Shown piece after piece: positions 1 to 10,488 of a stretch of 39,796 nt of DNA. Origin of the DNA: Octopus bimaculoides (taxonomy: Eukaryota). The stretch lies in assembly GCF_001194135.2 (NCBI RefSeq), contig NC_068981.1:130416974-130456769 (forward strand), given 5' to 3'. Every line of letters starts with the position of its first letter. The stretch's first letter is position 1. The notes under the pieces are model-generated. The model saw only the letters and a program-made list of their open reading frames with translations. It was not told the DNA's origin and searched no databases. The position numbers and the translations under genes are program-made.

Positions 1-247
1 ATAATAAAAAAATATTCAGACAAATACATAACAAAAACACCAGGACTTACAAATATATATAACATACAGAAAATTGCACTACTGGGTACTGCACACATTC
101 TACGCAAAACACTTTCAATACAGTAAACATAAGAGCACCACAGCAAACCACAGCACATACCCAAGGCGCACAGAGCTGCGCTCGGTAGTGAAGTGAAAGC
201 ACGTTATAAAAATAAAACTACTGAATAATAATAATAATAATAATAAT
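1..247 (+). mobile_element. 3' end of an apparently young R4/Dong-clade non-LTR retrotransposon (ORF C-terminus, 3' UTR, (AAT)n tail)
   Basis: Frame 1 is open from base 1 to TAA at 124-126 and reads IIKKYSDKYITKTPGLTNIYNIQKIALLGTAHILRKTLSIQ*. This matches the R4/Dong terminal motif (L/I)QK.ALLGT..ILR..L, also seen at about 15750-15810. About 100 bp of UTR follow, then (AAT)n from 224. Confidence 0.85.
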
Positions 248-271
248 AGTAGTAGTAGTAGTAGCAGTAGC

Positions 272-308
<37 letters not shown>

Positions 309-318
309 ATAATAATAG
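224..318. repeat. Compound trinucleotide microsatellite (AAT)n-(AGT/AGC)n-(AAT)n
   Basis: Directly visible; it produces the poly-L and poly-T pseudo-ORFs at 115..406. Confidence 0.98.
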
Positions 319-1700
319 TTGCATGAAAGGATCGCTGTGCAGTTGCACGGAAATCCTCAGCAAGGTCACATCCCTGCCTGGATGACAAGTGGACAAATGT
401 TACCATGTCTCAAGGATCCCTTGAAAGGAAACTTGGCATCAAATTTTTTTTTACCTATAACCTGTCTACCACTAATATGGAAACTTATGACTGGTGTCTA
501 GATGGAAGAGTTATACAACCCTCTGGAAAGTAACAATCTATTTCCAGAAGAACAAAAGGGATACAGGAAACAAAGTAGAGCAACAAAAGATCACTTTTAG
601 TTCATAAAATAATAATTTAAAATTATAGATGCAGATTGACGGGGCTGAATGTAGCAAGGCTAGATTACAAAAAAAAAAAAAGCATATGACATGATACCAC
701 ACAGTTGGATAAATAAAACAATGAGCATGTTTGGAATAGCAAAAAGCATGGCGAAAATGCTTAATGAAAGTATGAAACATTGGAATACTGAGTTGATCGA
801 AGGAAAACAAAAACTTGGGAAAGTGAACATCAGATTACTATTCATATTGGCCATGACTCTGTTCATTATGATACTATGAAAAGTTAAAATGGCTTATGAT
901 TTGGGAAAAGAAAATGGTCAGATAAATCATCTCCTTTTCATGGAATGATTTAAAGGTTTGTGTGGAAAAGAAGAAACAGCTTGAAAGTCTTGTACATACT
1001 ATCCATTTTTTCTCAAATGACGTAGGTATGGAATTTAGGATAGAAAAGTGTGCTATATTGAAAATGAAATGAGGATTTGAAAGAAGTCAGGGAATTGAAA
1101 TGCCAAATGGGCAAACAACGAGAGCAGTTGAGAAAGAACAGTGGTATAAGTACTTGGGAATACTGGAAGCAGACAAGATAAAAAAGGAAAAAATTAAACA
1201 AATTACCGGCAGAGAGTACACAAGGAGAGTAAGAAAATTATTGCAGTTATAGCTGAATTCTAAAAATCATATTCAAGCAGTAAATTCAAGAGCAGTACCT
1301 TTAATCAGATATGGAGTTGGAGTAATAGACTGGACCAGAAACGATATAAAGGAACTTGACAGAAAAACTAGTAAGTTGTTGATGATGTATGGAGCCCACC
1401 ATCCGAAAGCTGATATTAGCTGGTTGTACTTGAGGAGAGAACAGGGTGGAAGAGGTTTAACTGTAGTAGAAGAATGTGTACAGATGGGGGAAAAAAATTG
1501 TCTAGTAGAGGATTTACAGAGCAGCACAGAACAACTACTAAAGAGACAGTTAATAAAAAAACAAGTGATTGGAGGAAAGGACAAGAATGAAATGCAAAGA
1601 GAGCATGTCAGACAGATTGAAGAGAAACCTCTGCATGGCCATTTTAGAGAGCCACTGTAAGACCATAACATTAATTTATGATTAGCTTGATATCTCAAAA
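319..1700 (+). mobile_element. Degraded R4/Dong LINE, reverse transcriptase region
   Basis: Frameshifted motifs in the expected order: KDPLKGNLASN..PITCLPLIWKLMTG, PEEQKG, DYKKAYDMIPHSWI, INHLLFM, MEFRIEKCAILKMK, YKYLGILE, AVPLIRYG..DWT..ELDRKT, HHPKAD..LYLRREQGGRGL. The QGDSLSP segment is deleted. Confidence 0.92.
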
Positions 1701-1715
1701 CAAGTTGACATAAAG

Positions 1716-1722
1716 ACACATA

Positions 1723-1779
<57 letters not shown>

Positions 1780-1781
1780 AC
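1716..1781. repeat. (CA)n microsatellite
   Basis: Directly visible. Confidence 0.97.
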
Positions 1782-2326
1782 ATTTGTGAGTTAACAAGGC
1801 AAGTAGTGGTTTCATGTGAAGTTCTCTTCACAAGAAACCATTGGTTACTTTGTTATCCAACAAATAAAGAATATCTATCCACCAATGCAGTGTTGAATAC
1901 TCATTCTCACTGTTTGAGATTAGCTTATATATGCATATGCGTATGTGTGTGTGTGTGTGTGAATATATATATGTATGTATATGTATATATTTCTATATAT
2001 GTATGCATGCATTTATATATATATATATTTGATAAATGAGAGATGGAAGATGGAAGATGCAAGAATGTTTATTAATCACTACCAGGTGTATACCATATGA
2101 TTTATTATCTAATATAATAGAGAGTTAAAACAAGTTGTTTTGCTCTATATGAGATCAGCGACTGTGTTTTGCTTAAAGAATACATAGTATTTGTGAGTTG
2201 AGAAAACTTTCAACAGCTGAGGATGGGTAACCAGCCAGAAATCATGGTCTGTGAGTATCACGTAAGGCTGGAAATGGGAGCAATGACCTTCTCTCTTGCA
2301 AATACTATACAGATACACACTGTGTT

Positions 2327-2364
2327 GATAGCCAGCTGGATAGCCAGCTGGATAGCCAGCTGGA
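2327..2364. repeat. 12-bp tandem repeat (GATAGCCAGCTG)x3
   Basis: Three perfect copies at 2327-2338, 2339-2350 and 2351-2362. Confidence 0.95.
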
Positions 2365-2444
2365 AAAGATGTTTTCCTGGGGCTTAAACAACAGTAATAT
2401 TGTCTTTTATAGGACCACCACATTCTGCTGGCAAATAAACTTTA

Positions 2445-2446
<2 letters not shown>

Positions 2447-2519
<73 letters not shown>

Positions 2520-2621
2520 CATGTATAAAAATATATATATGAATATAGGATAGTGATACAACAATGCACCAATATTTAATGGGAATACCAGTTGATAATA
2601 TGACACTATAGTAAAGCTTCA

Positions 2622-2672
<51 letters not shown>
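2447..2672. repeat. (TA)n and (CA)n microsatellite tracts
   Basis: Visible at about 2447-2520 and 2625-2672. Confidence 0.95.
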
Positions 2673-2676
<4 letters not shown>

Positions 2677-2714
2677 CCACTGTGTAGAAATCTGTTACAT
2701 ATATGTATGTATGT

Positions 2715-2920
2715 GAGTGTCTTTGTATTGATGTTTGTCTCCCAGCCACTGCTTAACAGCCAGTGCTGGTTTGTTTACATTCCTGTAACTTAGCAGTTTG
2801 GTAAAAGAGACTGGTAGAATAAGTACCAGGCTTAAAAAAAGATAAGTACTGGGATCAATTTGTTTGAGTAAACCCTTCAAGGCTGCAGTCCAGGGACCAA
2901 AAAAAGTAAAAGATAAGAGA
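2715..2920 (+). mobile_element. SINE family A, 3' half
   Basis: Homologous to the 3' halves at 22670-22890 and 31545-31755 (..TTGACAAC..GTAACTTAGC..AGAATAAGTAC..GTAAAAGA tail). Confidence 0.8.
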
Positions 2921-2945
2921 TACATATATAGACATGGATATAAGA

Positions 2946-3090
2946 TAGGCTTCTTTCCAGTTTCTCTCTACTAAATCCACTATAAAGCTTCAGTCAGCTT
3001 GGGGCTATAGTAAACGACATTTGCTCAAGATGCTGCACTGTAATACCAAACTTGAAGCAAAGCAAATTTCTTGACTACATAATCATGTCC
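2946..3090 (-). mobile_element. SINE family A, 5' half (degraded)
   Basis: Reverse complement of the tRNA-like head and the GGCACCTTGGGCAAGTGTCTTCTACTATAG segment seen at 22140-22310. Confidence 0.7.
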
Positions 3091-3635
3091 CATTAAACTA
3101 GAGGCAGTTTCATTTAGGCTGATATCCAAACAATGAAATAAAAGAAGATTAACTGAACAAAGCAGTCTCTGATATACAAAGGAAGATAAATAAATAAAAA
3201 ACAAATGCACTGGATTAAAAGTTTTCTTGCCCAGGGCAGACCTGAGACTAAATAGGAGCTGCAACAGTTTTTGCATCATTATATAAAGAAGAAATTGCAA
3301 GTGAATGGCTGAAGCAACAGTTTTGTAAAAGCAATATTACTGCTTATTTAGTGACCTTTATCTTGTGACCTGTTTGTTCATGTTCAGGTGACTAACTAGC
3401 TTTATTTACATGTTTATATTTTTGTTAGTTGGGTTGGTCTTTTCAGTGTGTTGACACCTCTTGTTTGTAATATATTCTATGTAATTCAGAATTAAAAAAA
3501 GAAACAAAAACAAAAACAAAACCTTTCTATTTTTACTTTGTGAGGTCTTGCGATAGTTATAAGATAGGACTCTAAAGGTGATATTAACAGACGTTATTGT
3601 CATGAATAAGATATGTGTAATTAGAGATGGACAGG

Positions 3636-3870
3636 CAGGCATGTGTGGCTGTGTGGTTACAAAATTTGTTTTGAAACTGCATTGTTATAAGTTCAATCTC
3701 ACTGTGCAGCACTTCAGCCAAGTGCTTTTTACCAAAATTCCATATTGAACCAATATTGTATGAGCAGAATTTGATACACAAAGATTTTGTGTGTGTCTGT
3801 GTGTATACACACGCATGCACGCACACACCCACACACACACACACGCACACACACACACACACATACACAC
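3636..3870 (+). mobile_element. SINE family A, 5' part (very degraded) with TG/CA microsatellite
   Basis: Head GGCATGTGTGGCTGTGTGGTTA..GTTCAATCTCACTGTG..CAAGTG, followed by a microsatellite. Confidence 0.6.
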
Positions 3871-4033
3871 ATATATATCCGAGTTTGTATGATTGTGCAT
3901 GGAAGAATATATTAATCAATGAAATGCCAACTTTGTCAGGTTTTCATGTATTATTATTTCCAACTTTTCCAATTTTACAATATTGAAATAGACTAGTACT
4001 TTCATGCATTGTACAATCATCAGGTTTATGTAG

Positions 4034-4098
4034 TGATAGTCTGTTCCACAATTGATAACTCTGTTGTTACAGTTGTCAATTGTGGAACATGACTGTCA
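4034..4098. other. 65-nt hairpin, pre-miRNA-like
   Basis: 4042-4059 pairs with 4072-4089 (18 bp, one G-U). After a 1-nt bulge at 4090, 4034-4041 pairs with 4091-4098 (8 bp, one G-U). Confidence 0.6.
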
Positions 4099-4145
4099 GG
4101 ACTGAAATCAGACTAAGTTGGAATTTCATTGGTTAATATATATAT

Positions 4146-4461
4146 ATCATCATCATCATCGTTTAACGTCCGCTTTCCATGCTAGCATGGGTTGGACGAT
4201 TTGACTGAGGACTGGTGAAACCGGATGGCAACACCAGGCTCCAATCTAATTTGGCAGAGTTTCTACAGCTGGATGCCCTTCCTAACGCCAACCACTCAGA
4301 GAGTGTAGTGGGTGCTTTTACGTGTCACCCGCACGAAAACGGCCACGCTCGAAATCGTGTCTTTTATGTGCCACCCGCACAAGAGCCAGTCCAGGGGCAC
4401 TGGCAACGATCTCGCTCGAAAACCCTACAAGGCCAGTCAGGCGGTACTGGCAACGGTCACG
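4146..4461 (-). mobile_element. Young RTE-tail short retroelement (3' end of an RTE-derived SINE or of an RTE LINE), running into an N gap
   Basis: (ATC)n tail on the plus strand. Nearly identical to 39561-39796 and homologous to the reverse complement of the RTE LINE 3' UTR at about 8270-8520. Confidence 0.85.
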
Positions 4462-4727
4462 NNNNNNNNNNNNNNNNNNNNNNNNNNNNNNNNNNNNNNN
4501 NNNNNNNNNNNNNNNNNNNNNNNNNNNNNNNNNNNNNNNNNNNNNNNNNNNNNNNNNNNNNNNNNNNNNNNNNNNNNNNNNNNNNNNNNNNNNNNNNNNN
4601 NNNNNNNNNNNNNNNNNNNNNNNNNNNNNNNNNNNNNNNNNNNNNNNNNNNNNNNNNNNNNNNNNNNNNNNNNNNNNNNNNNNNNNNNNNNNNNNNNNNN
4701 NNNNNNNNNNNNNNNNNNNNNNNNNNN

Positions 4728-4799
4728 ACTCTTCAAGATAAGAATTAAAATCAAAATCAATTAAAATCAATTTTGATTTTAATTCTTATCTTGAAGAGT
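4728..4799. repeat. Perfect 30-bp inverted repeat with 12-nt spacer at a contig edge
   Basis: ACTCTTCAAGATAAGAATTAAAATCAAAAT (4728-4757) is the exact reverse complement of 4770-4799. Confidence 0.95.
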
Positions 4800-4902
4800 C
4801 CATTTAAACGAACAAATGTGCTAATAATAAAAGAATTATCCAAAATTCTGACTGCTTCCTTTTTTCTCAATATACAATACCTGTACACCACTTCAAACTC
4901 TC

Positions 4903-4966
4903 TATACATACATACATACATACATACACACACATACATACACACATACATACACACATACATACA

Positions 4967-4997
<31 letters not shown>

Positions 4998-5015
4998 CAT
5001 CATATATATATATAT
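4903..5015. repeat. (ATAC)n/(CA)n/(TA)n microsatellite
   Basis: Directly visible. Confidence 0.95.
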
Positions 5016-5059
5016 GTGGAAGGTTGAAAAGTAAAGCATGAGTTGATATGTACAAGGAA

Positions 5060-6225
5060 AATAAGACAAGGTAGAAAATACTAAATAATTTTACCGCAAA
5101 GAACATTTTAGACTGGTTTCAGTCTTTGCGACTTTTTCAACTTGGAGTAAAGCATGAAAAACAATTAGATTGTGTAAAAATTAAATGAAATGTTTTTAAA
5201 AATATTTCCATAGTTTTCAACTACAAGGGACATTTTCTTTTTTTCTGTCTGTCTGTCTCTCTCTTTTACTCTTATGAAGGCTTGGTAGTAGGTAGTGGCA
5301 ATTCTAAAAGAATAATTGGTATGAGGGATGTAAGTTCTTGGTTTTGATTGTTTAAGCAGCAGTAGCTGAGAAAGGAGGCAGTGAATAATAATAATAATAA
5401 TAATAATAATGATAATACGGGAGTGGTATAACAGTAGTAGGATGTTGGTGGAATCTTCTTAAATGGTCAAGTGACCTAAAAGTGACCTGTTGTGTTTATA
5501 ATAGTAGTGATTGGAATTGTTCTGAATAAATTCATGAGTAATGACTGTTCTGAATATATCGTTTTTTATTTTTGCATGGGTATTATTCTAAGGCCTTTGT
5601 AGTAGGTCATTTATGGTTGACGCATTCAAAAGGGGTTTATATTTTGCTATAAAATATGACTCTTTGTTAATGTGCTGATTATAGGTTGCATCGTCCCTGA
5701 ATTTATAGAGGGGAAAAATTCTGAAGTCGGGTTGTTTGTTAGTGGCGCAAATGCCAATGTGTTCGCTAAATAATATTTTTCTGTATTCCTGAATTTTAAT
5801 CTGGGATCTATGTAGAGCCATCCTTTGATGTAGACTGTTTTTGGTTTGGCCTATGTATTGCTCTCAACACCCTGAGCAAGTTAATACATATATTAGGTTT
5901 TCCGAAGTGCATGTGAAGTTGTTTTTCACTGTAAAATGTTGACCCTGTTTAAAAGAGAACTCCGATCCCTCAATTAGGTTGACACATATACTACAGTTAG
6001 GTCTTCCACATTTTTTTACTGACAGCTTCAGTGTTGTTGTTGAGTGTACTTGGGCTTGTGTTAGGAAACTTTTCATAGATTTGGATTCTCTTTTGCTCTT
6101 TATGATGGTGTGCGTTTTGAGGATTAAATTCATTCTGTGGTCCCTTCTTAGTAGGGGAATGTTCTGGAGGATGGTGTTGAAGGCTTCATTATTAAGGAGG
6201 TTGTGTATGGAGATGTATGGTAGGG
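5060..6225 (-). mobile_element. Penelope-like element 3' part: linker, Cys-rich motif, GIY-YIG endonuclease and terminal region
   Basis: Minus strand reads LPYISIHN..EAFNTILQNIP..IIKSKRESKSMKSFLTQA, CGRPNCSIC, FTCTSENLIYVLTCSGC*EQYIGQTKNSLHQRMALHRSQI, KESYFIAKYKPLLN (GIY-YIG as LIY..YIG). A terminal ..GAAACCAGTC motif lies at 5111-5140. Confidence 0.88.
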
Positions 6226-6935
6226 CTTTCTATGGTTATTTGAGAGCTTATAAAGTGGTTCTCTATCAAGCATATTGGCGTGTCTTACAACTGCAAACTT
6301 ATTTAAGATTTTCTGCTTCAGTTCTATCATAGACTTTATATTTTCTTTGGTAAATGTGTAGTCTTCAAATATTGTTTCTTTACCACTTTCCTCACTATAT
6401 TTATCGAGTTTATTACATTTTTTTCTCCAGACGTTTGAGTGTTCTGGACAGATAGCAGTCTTTCAATTGAGATTTGTGGAGAGTTCCTCTCTTTGTCTGG
6501 TTCTTCATTTCCTTGTCTTATATTTAGGTCATTTTCCACTGCATGCCTGATCGTAGTTATTTCACTATCTGTGAGTCTTTTATTTCTGCAGATATGCCTC
6601 CTATCATTTACTAACTTGTTTTCGTCCAAATATAGTCTGCTGTCTTCATTTTGTGTTCTCCATATTTGATAAGAGTGTGCAGTGTGTTTGTTTCAGATGA
6701 CCTGCCTAATGCATAGTAATAGGCGTATATTACCTGTGTGTACTCTTCTTGGGTCCATTTGATCCTCTTACATTTTTCCTTCTGTGATGGTAGACTTGGA
6801 GGGCTCGAGTTGGGGTAGTTCCCGTTTAAGTGACCATCCAGGCTGGCTCTCTCCTGGAGGATGTGCTTCCAGATTAACCACAGTACAAGCGATCCGGTGT
6901 ACTGTTGTAGTTTTCCTTTTTGCTTTGTAAGACAT
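6225..6935 (-). mobile_element. R4/Dong LINE 5' (N-terminal) fragment
   Basis: Minus strand reads RIKWTQEEYTQVIYAYYYA / YQIWRTQNEDSRLYLDENKLVNDRRHICRNKRLTDSEI / IELKQKILNKF..DREPLYKL, which resembles the N-terminal region of Dong/R4 ORFs. A candidate ATG lies at 6935. Assignment is from recalled motifs. Confidence 0.65.
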
Positions 6936-7599
6936 ATTTGTGCTACATTAAAATTATTAGTATTGAGCCTTGTATTGTGACAGATGTAGAGACAATTGTT
7001 GTCTCTGCCACTATTGTCGACTCTGCCATTAATACCATTACAGTTACTTTAACGTTGCTATTACAGCATTGCTCATCGTTACTTACCACCAATAGTGCCT
7101 TGATCTGTATAGTTGTGGTTGACCTTTGTAGCCAACCATTATTTATTTAAATCTGCCACCTTTGCTACTACTACCGTGTGGTATTATTAAATGTTGTTTA
7201 GTTTCAACTTTTGTCTTGTACTTGAGATAATCATAAATATGTGAAGGTTGAAGAGAATAGTAGGAGAAAGAGAAGCAGCTTTGTGAATAGACCAAATTCT
7301 ACAGGTCTGTTAATAGGTTCCACAGATGGTGAGGAGGTCAGCAAAGGGCCTTCGCATTCCTGCATGATAAGGAGGCAAAAGAAGCCTCACACCTTTGGGG
7401 TCAGCAGAGGTCAAATGTGCTTATTACTACTAGCAGTCAATAAGAGCATTGACTTTGGCCTTGAAAAGAAGAAATTCACCATGTTCTATTTTTAATTACT
7501 GATAAAATATATATATATATATATACTGTTGTTCACATCCATGAATTTTTGAATTTTTATTATTATTATTATTACTATTATTGTGGCTGTTGTTGTTAT

Positions 7600-8522
7600 T
7601 ATGCTGATAACCTTGCTCTAATAGCTGTGTCACTAACAGAACTAGAGGAGAAGTTTCAGGTGTGGAAGCAAGGTCTAGAATTGAAGGGCCTTAGAGTTGA
7701 TCTAACAAAAACCAAAGTCTTAGTAAGTTGGAAGGCAGACAAATCACAAGTCCCTTCAGGTAGATGGCTCTGCTCAATCTGTAGAAAAGGCATAGGTAGA
7801 AACTTCATAAGATGTACCTGGTATAAGCTATAGACACATAAGAGGTACAGCAATATCAAAGGTAGGTTAACTGGGAAGATAGTTTCTGTGTGTGACAGAT
7901 GTACAGGGGCAATAAAATCCGAAGATGTACAGAAAACAAATTCCATCACATACCAGGGGGAAAAACTAGAAGTAGTTGATAGCTTCCGTTACCTAGGTGA
8001 TCAAGACAGTTGCAGGGGTAGATGCTCTGAGAGTGTAGCTGCTAGAATAAGAATAACCTGGACAAAGTTCAGAGAGCTCCTATATCTGCTGGTAACAAAG
8101 GCCTCTTGCTCAGAATACAAGGTAGACTGTATGATGCATGTGTGCGAACAGCCATGCTACACGGCTGTGAAACATGAGCTGTGACTGTTGAGGACATACA
8201 TAGGCTTGAAAGAAATGAAGCTAGTATGCCTCACTGGATATGTAATGTCACCTTTCAAGCATGGCCAATGCCAGTGCCGGTGACACATAAAAAGCACCAT
8301 TCAAGTGTGGTCAATGCTAGTGCTGCCTGACTGGCCCCCATGCCAGTGGCACGTTAAAAGCACCCATTATATTCTCAAAGTGGTTGGTGTTAGGAAGGGC
8401 TGTTGAAACCTTGCCAGATCAGAATGGAGCCTGGTGCAGCCTCCTGGCTTGCCAGTCTTCAGTCAAACTGCCAGCATGGAAAGCAGACATTAAACGACGA
8501 CAACGACGATGACGATGACGAT
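7600..8522 (+). mobile_element. 5'-truncated, internally deleted RTE-clade LINE
   Basis: YADNLALIA..ELEEKF..WKQGLELKGLRVDLTKTKVL, a Cys-rich insert (CSICRKGIG..C..CDRC), LEVVDSFRYLGD, ARIRITWTKFREL. The 3' UTR starts at about 8270 and ends in a GAC/GAT/ATT repeat tail. Confidence 0.9.
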
Positions 8523-9249
8523 GATTATTATTATTATTATCATCTCTGAAAAGGCTATTTGCTTTTTACTTTTTGTTTTTGTGTGATTAAATCCTGTTGT
8601 TGTTGACAATGCCTGGATTAGCTTTTCCAGTGTTGAGTATAATTTAATTAAATGATTATAACAATAAAACATTGCATAAAATATAGTTTTTAGTATAAAG
8701 CAATTATTTTTTATAAGCATTACATAAAATAAATCAATAATTGTTATACACAGAAGTATAACACAAGCAGATAATTCACACAAAGAAATATATTTCCACT
8801 TGCTATAAAATATGCAATAATACAGAGATAAACAAGAAAATCGCTAATAGTGCATTAGTTTTCCCTGTTGCTGTTGTTAGTGATGTTGCTGTTATGAGTT
8901 TAACCACCTTAAGATATGCTTCAGATACTCAAGTCTACTGTGTTTAATTCTTGTTTCACTCAACAGTGGCTACACTGGTCAGGACAAATTTGAAGGAAAC
9001 TCAATACCCTTACAACATACTTAAGATTTCTAGAGTTTCAAAACTCTATCTTACCCGCCTTCTGTTGAAGCCAATCTTCTTTTATTTTTGTATTGGTTTT
9101 GTCAGACAGAAGTTTTGAGGCTCATCATTGCATGAGCCCTTATTTCTGTTGACCCTGTTTATTCATCCTAGATTTAATCTGTTTTGGACAAAAAAATAAC
9201 AGCCCAAAGGAGGTGAAGATGTTTCTTTTAAGATGGCTAAAACAATCTC

Positions 9250-10450
9250 ATTTACTGCACAGCATCTGTTGCTGCAGAAATTCTTAAGGTTAAAAGTCAC
9301 GGAAAAGCGATGATCAAAGGCCCATGAAATGGAGATTGAGAACCAAGTTGAATTGCTTAATAGAGAACTTGGAATGTTAAATGCAATATTTGAAAAGAAG
9401 ATGGTGAAGGTAAGAAACAGTAATGAGCCCCAAAGAAAGTATAACATCAGCCACAGAAAAGTAGAGGTCACTAAAAAAGTATTAAGGTACTCTGTTTCTT
9501 TTTTAAAATGGACAAAGAGAAAACTACAGGAATTTGATAGAAGAACTAGGAAGCTGCATGCAATGCACAATATACACCACCCTGAAAGTAATTTCAGCAA
9601 ACTTTCAAGAAAGGAAAAAAATAGAGGTTTATTAAATGCAAAAGACACTTTCAAAACTGTGATATTGTATTTGAAGAACTATTTTGTATGTAGTGAAGAA
9701 AGAATATCATCTGCCAATTGAAATATCTGAAAAGTCACTGAAAAGGAAGAGAATTTAAAAACAAAGGGAAGAACAATGGGATAAACACATGGAAATTACA
9801 TGGTTAGTTCATGCAACAAACTGAGAATGGTGAAAGTAAAGAATGCTGGTTATGGCTGACAGATGGAAGCCTGAAATGAGAAACTGAAATGCTAATTATA
9901 ACCACTTAGTTACAGTTAGTAATTCACTTTCAAACCATTAAAGTCATTAAAATTAATTTGATAAAGACAACGTTTGATAGAACTCAGTTAGAAAGCAAAT
10001 TCAGAATCTGTGGAAAAGGAGATGAAAGTATTAACCTTCTCTTAAGTGAGTGCATTAAGCTAGCACAAAAGATTATAAGCAAAAGCATGACTGTGTCAGT
10101 AAAAGAATGCACTGGGATGTTATCTGTGTGGATTCTAAGTGATGGGAAAGTGAGATAGTGGATAAATCATAGAATTTTATAGGATTTCTCCATAAAAACT
10201 GCTCACACAATTGAAGTAGACTCTTGTGAAACACAAGACAGTGTAAGATCATAAATTTTTCAGTGAAATTTTCTATATGATAATAGAGTAGATAGCAAAG
10301 AAATTGAGAAAATTGAGAAATAATGTAACCTAGATGAAGAGATTATGGAAGATAGAGATAACAAAAGTTCTTGTAGTAATTTGTGCACTTAGCACAACAC
10401 CTAAACTGCTAAGTGGTGGAAGGATCTTGGAATTAGGATTAACATTATCG
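9250..10450 (+). mobile_element. Degraded R4/Dong LINE with the RT domain deleted
   Basis: An N-terminal-type segment (IENQVELLNRELGML..RKYNI) joins at about 9478 to the post-RT segment VLRYS..KWTKRKLQEFDRRTRKL..HHPES. It continues through LHG.F, the zinc knuckle (FRICGKGDESINLLLSECIKLAQK) and a C-terminal remnant at about 10370-10450. Confidence 0.8.
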
Positions 10451-10452
10451 AC

Positions 10453-10457
10453 CTGCT

Positions 10458-10488
<31 letters not shown>

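Noticed and set aside
1804-1843. 40-nt hairpin (14-17 bp stem, 4-nt loop)
   Set aside because: Too short for a pre-miRNA and plausible by chance in 40 kb of AT-rich DNA.
2145-2423. ORF with PAGYPAGYPAGY
   Set aside because: The motif is just the 12-bp tandem repeat; there is no convincing splice or homology support.
4215-4770. Five overlapping ORFs of 107-177 aa
   Set aside because: Their length comes from the N gap; the real sequence is a non-coding retroelement tail.
9106-9157. Stem-loop GGCTCAT/ATGAGCC as a possible ribozyme helix
   Set aside because: No CTGANGA or GAAA core in the correct positions on either strand.
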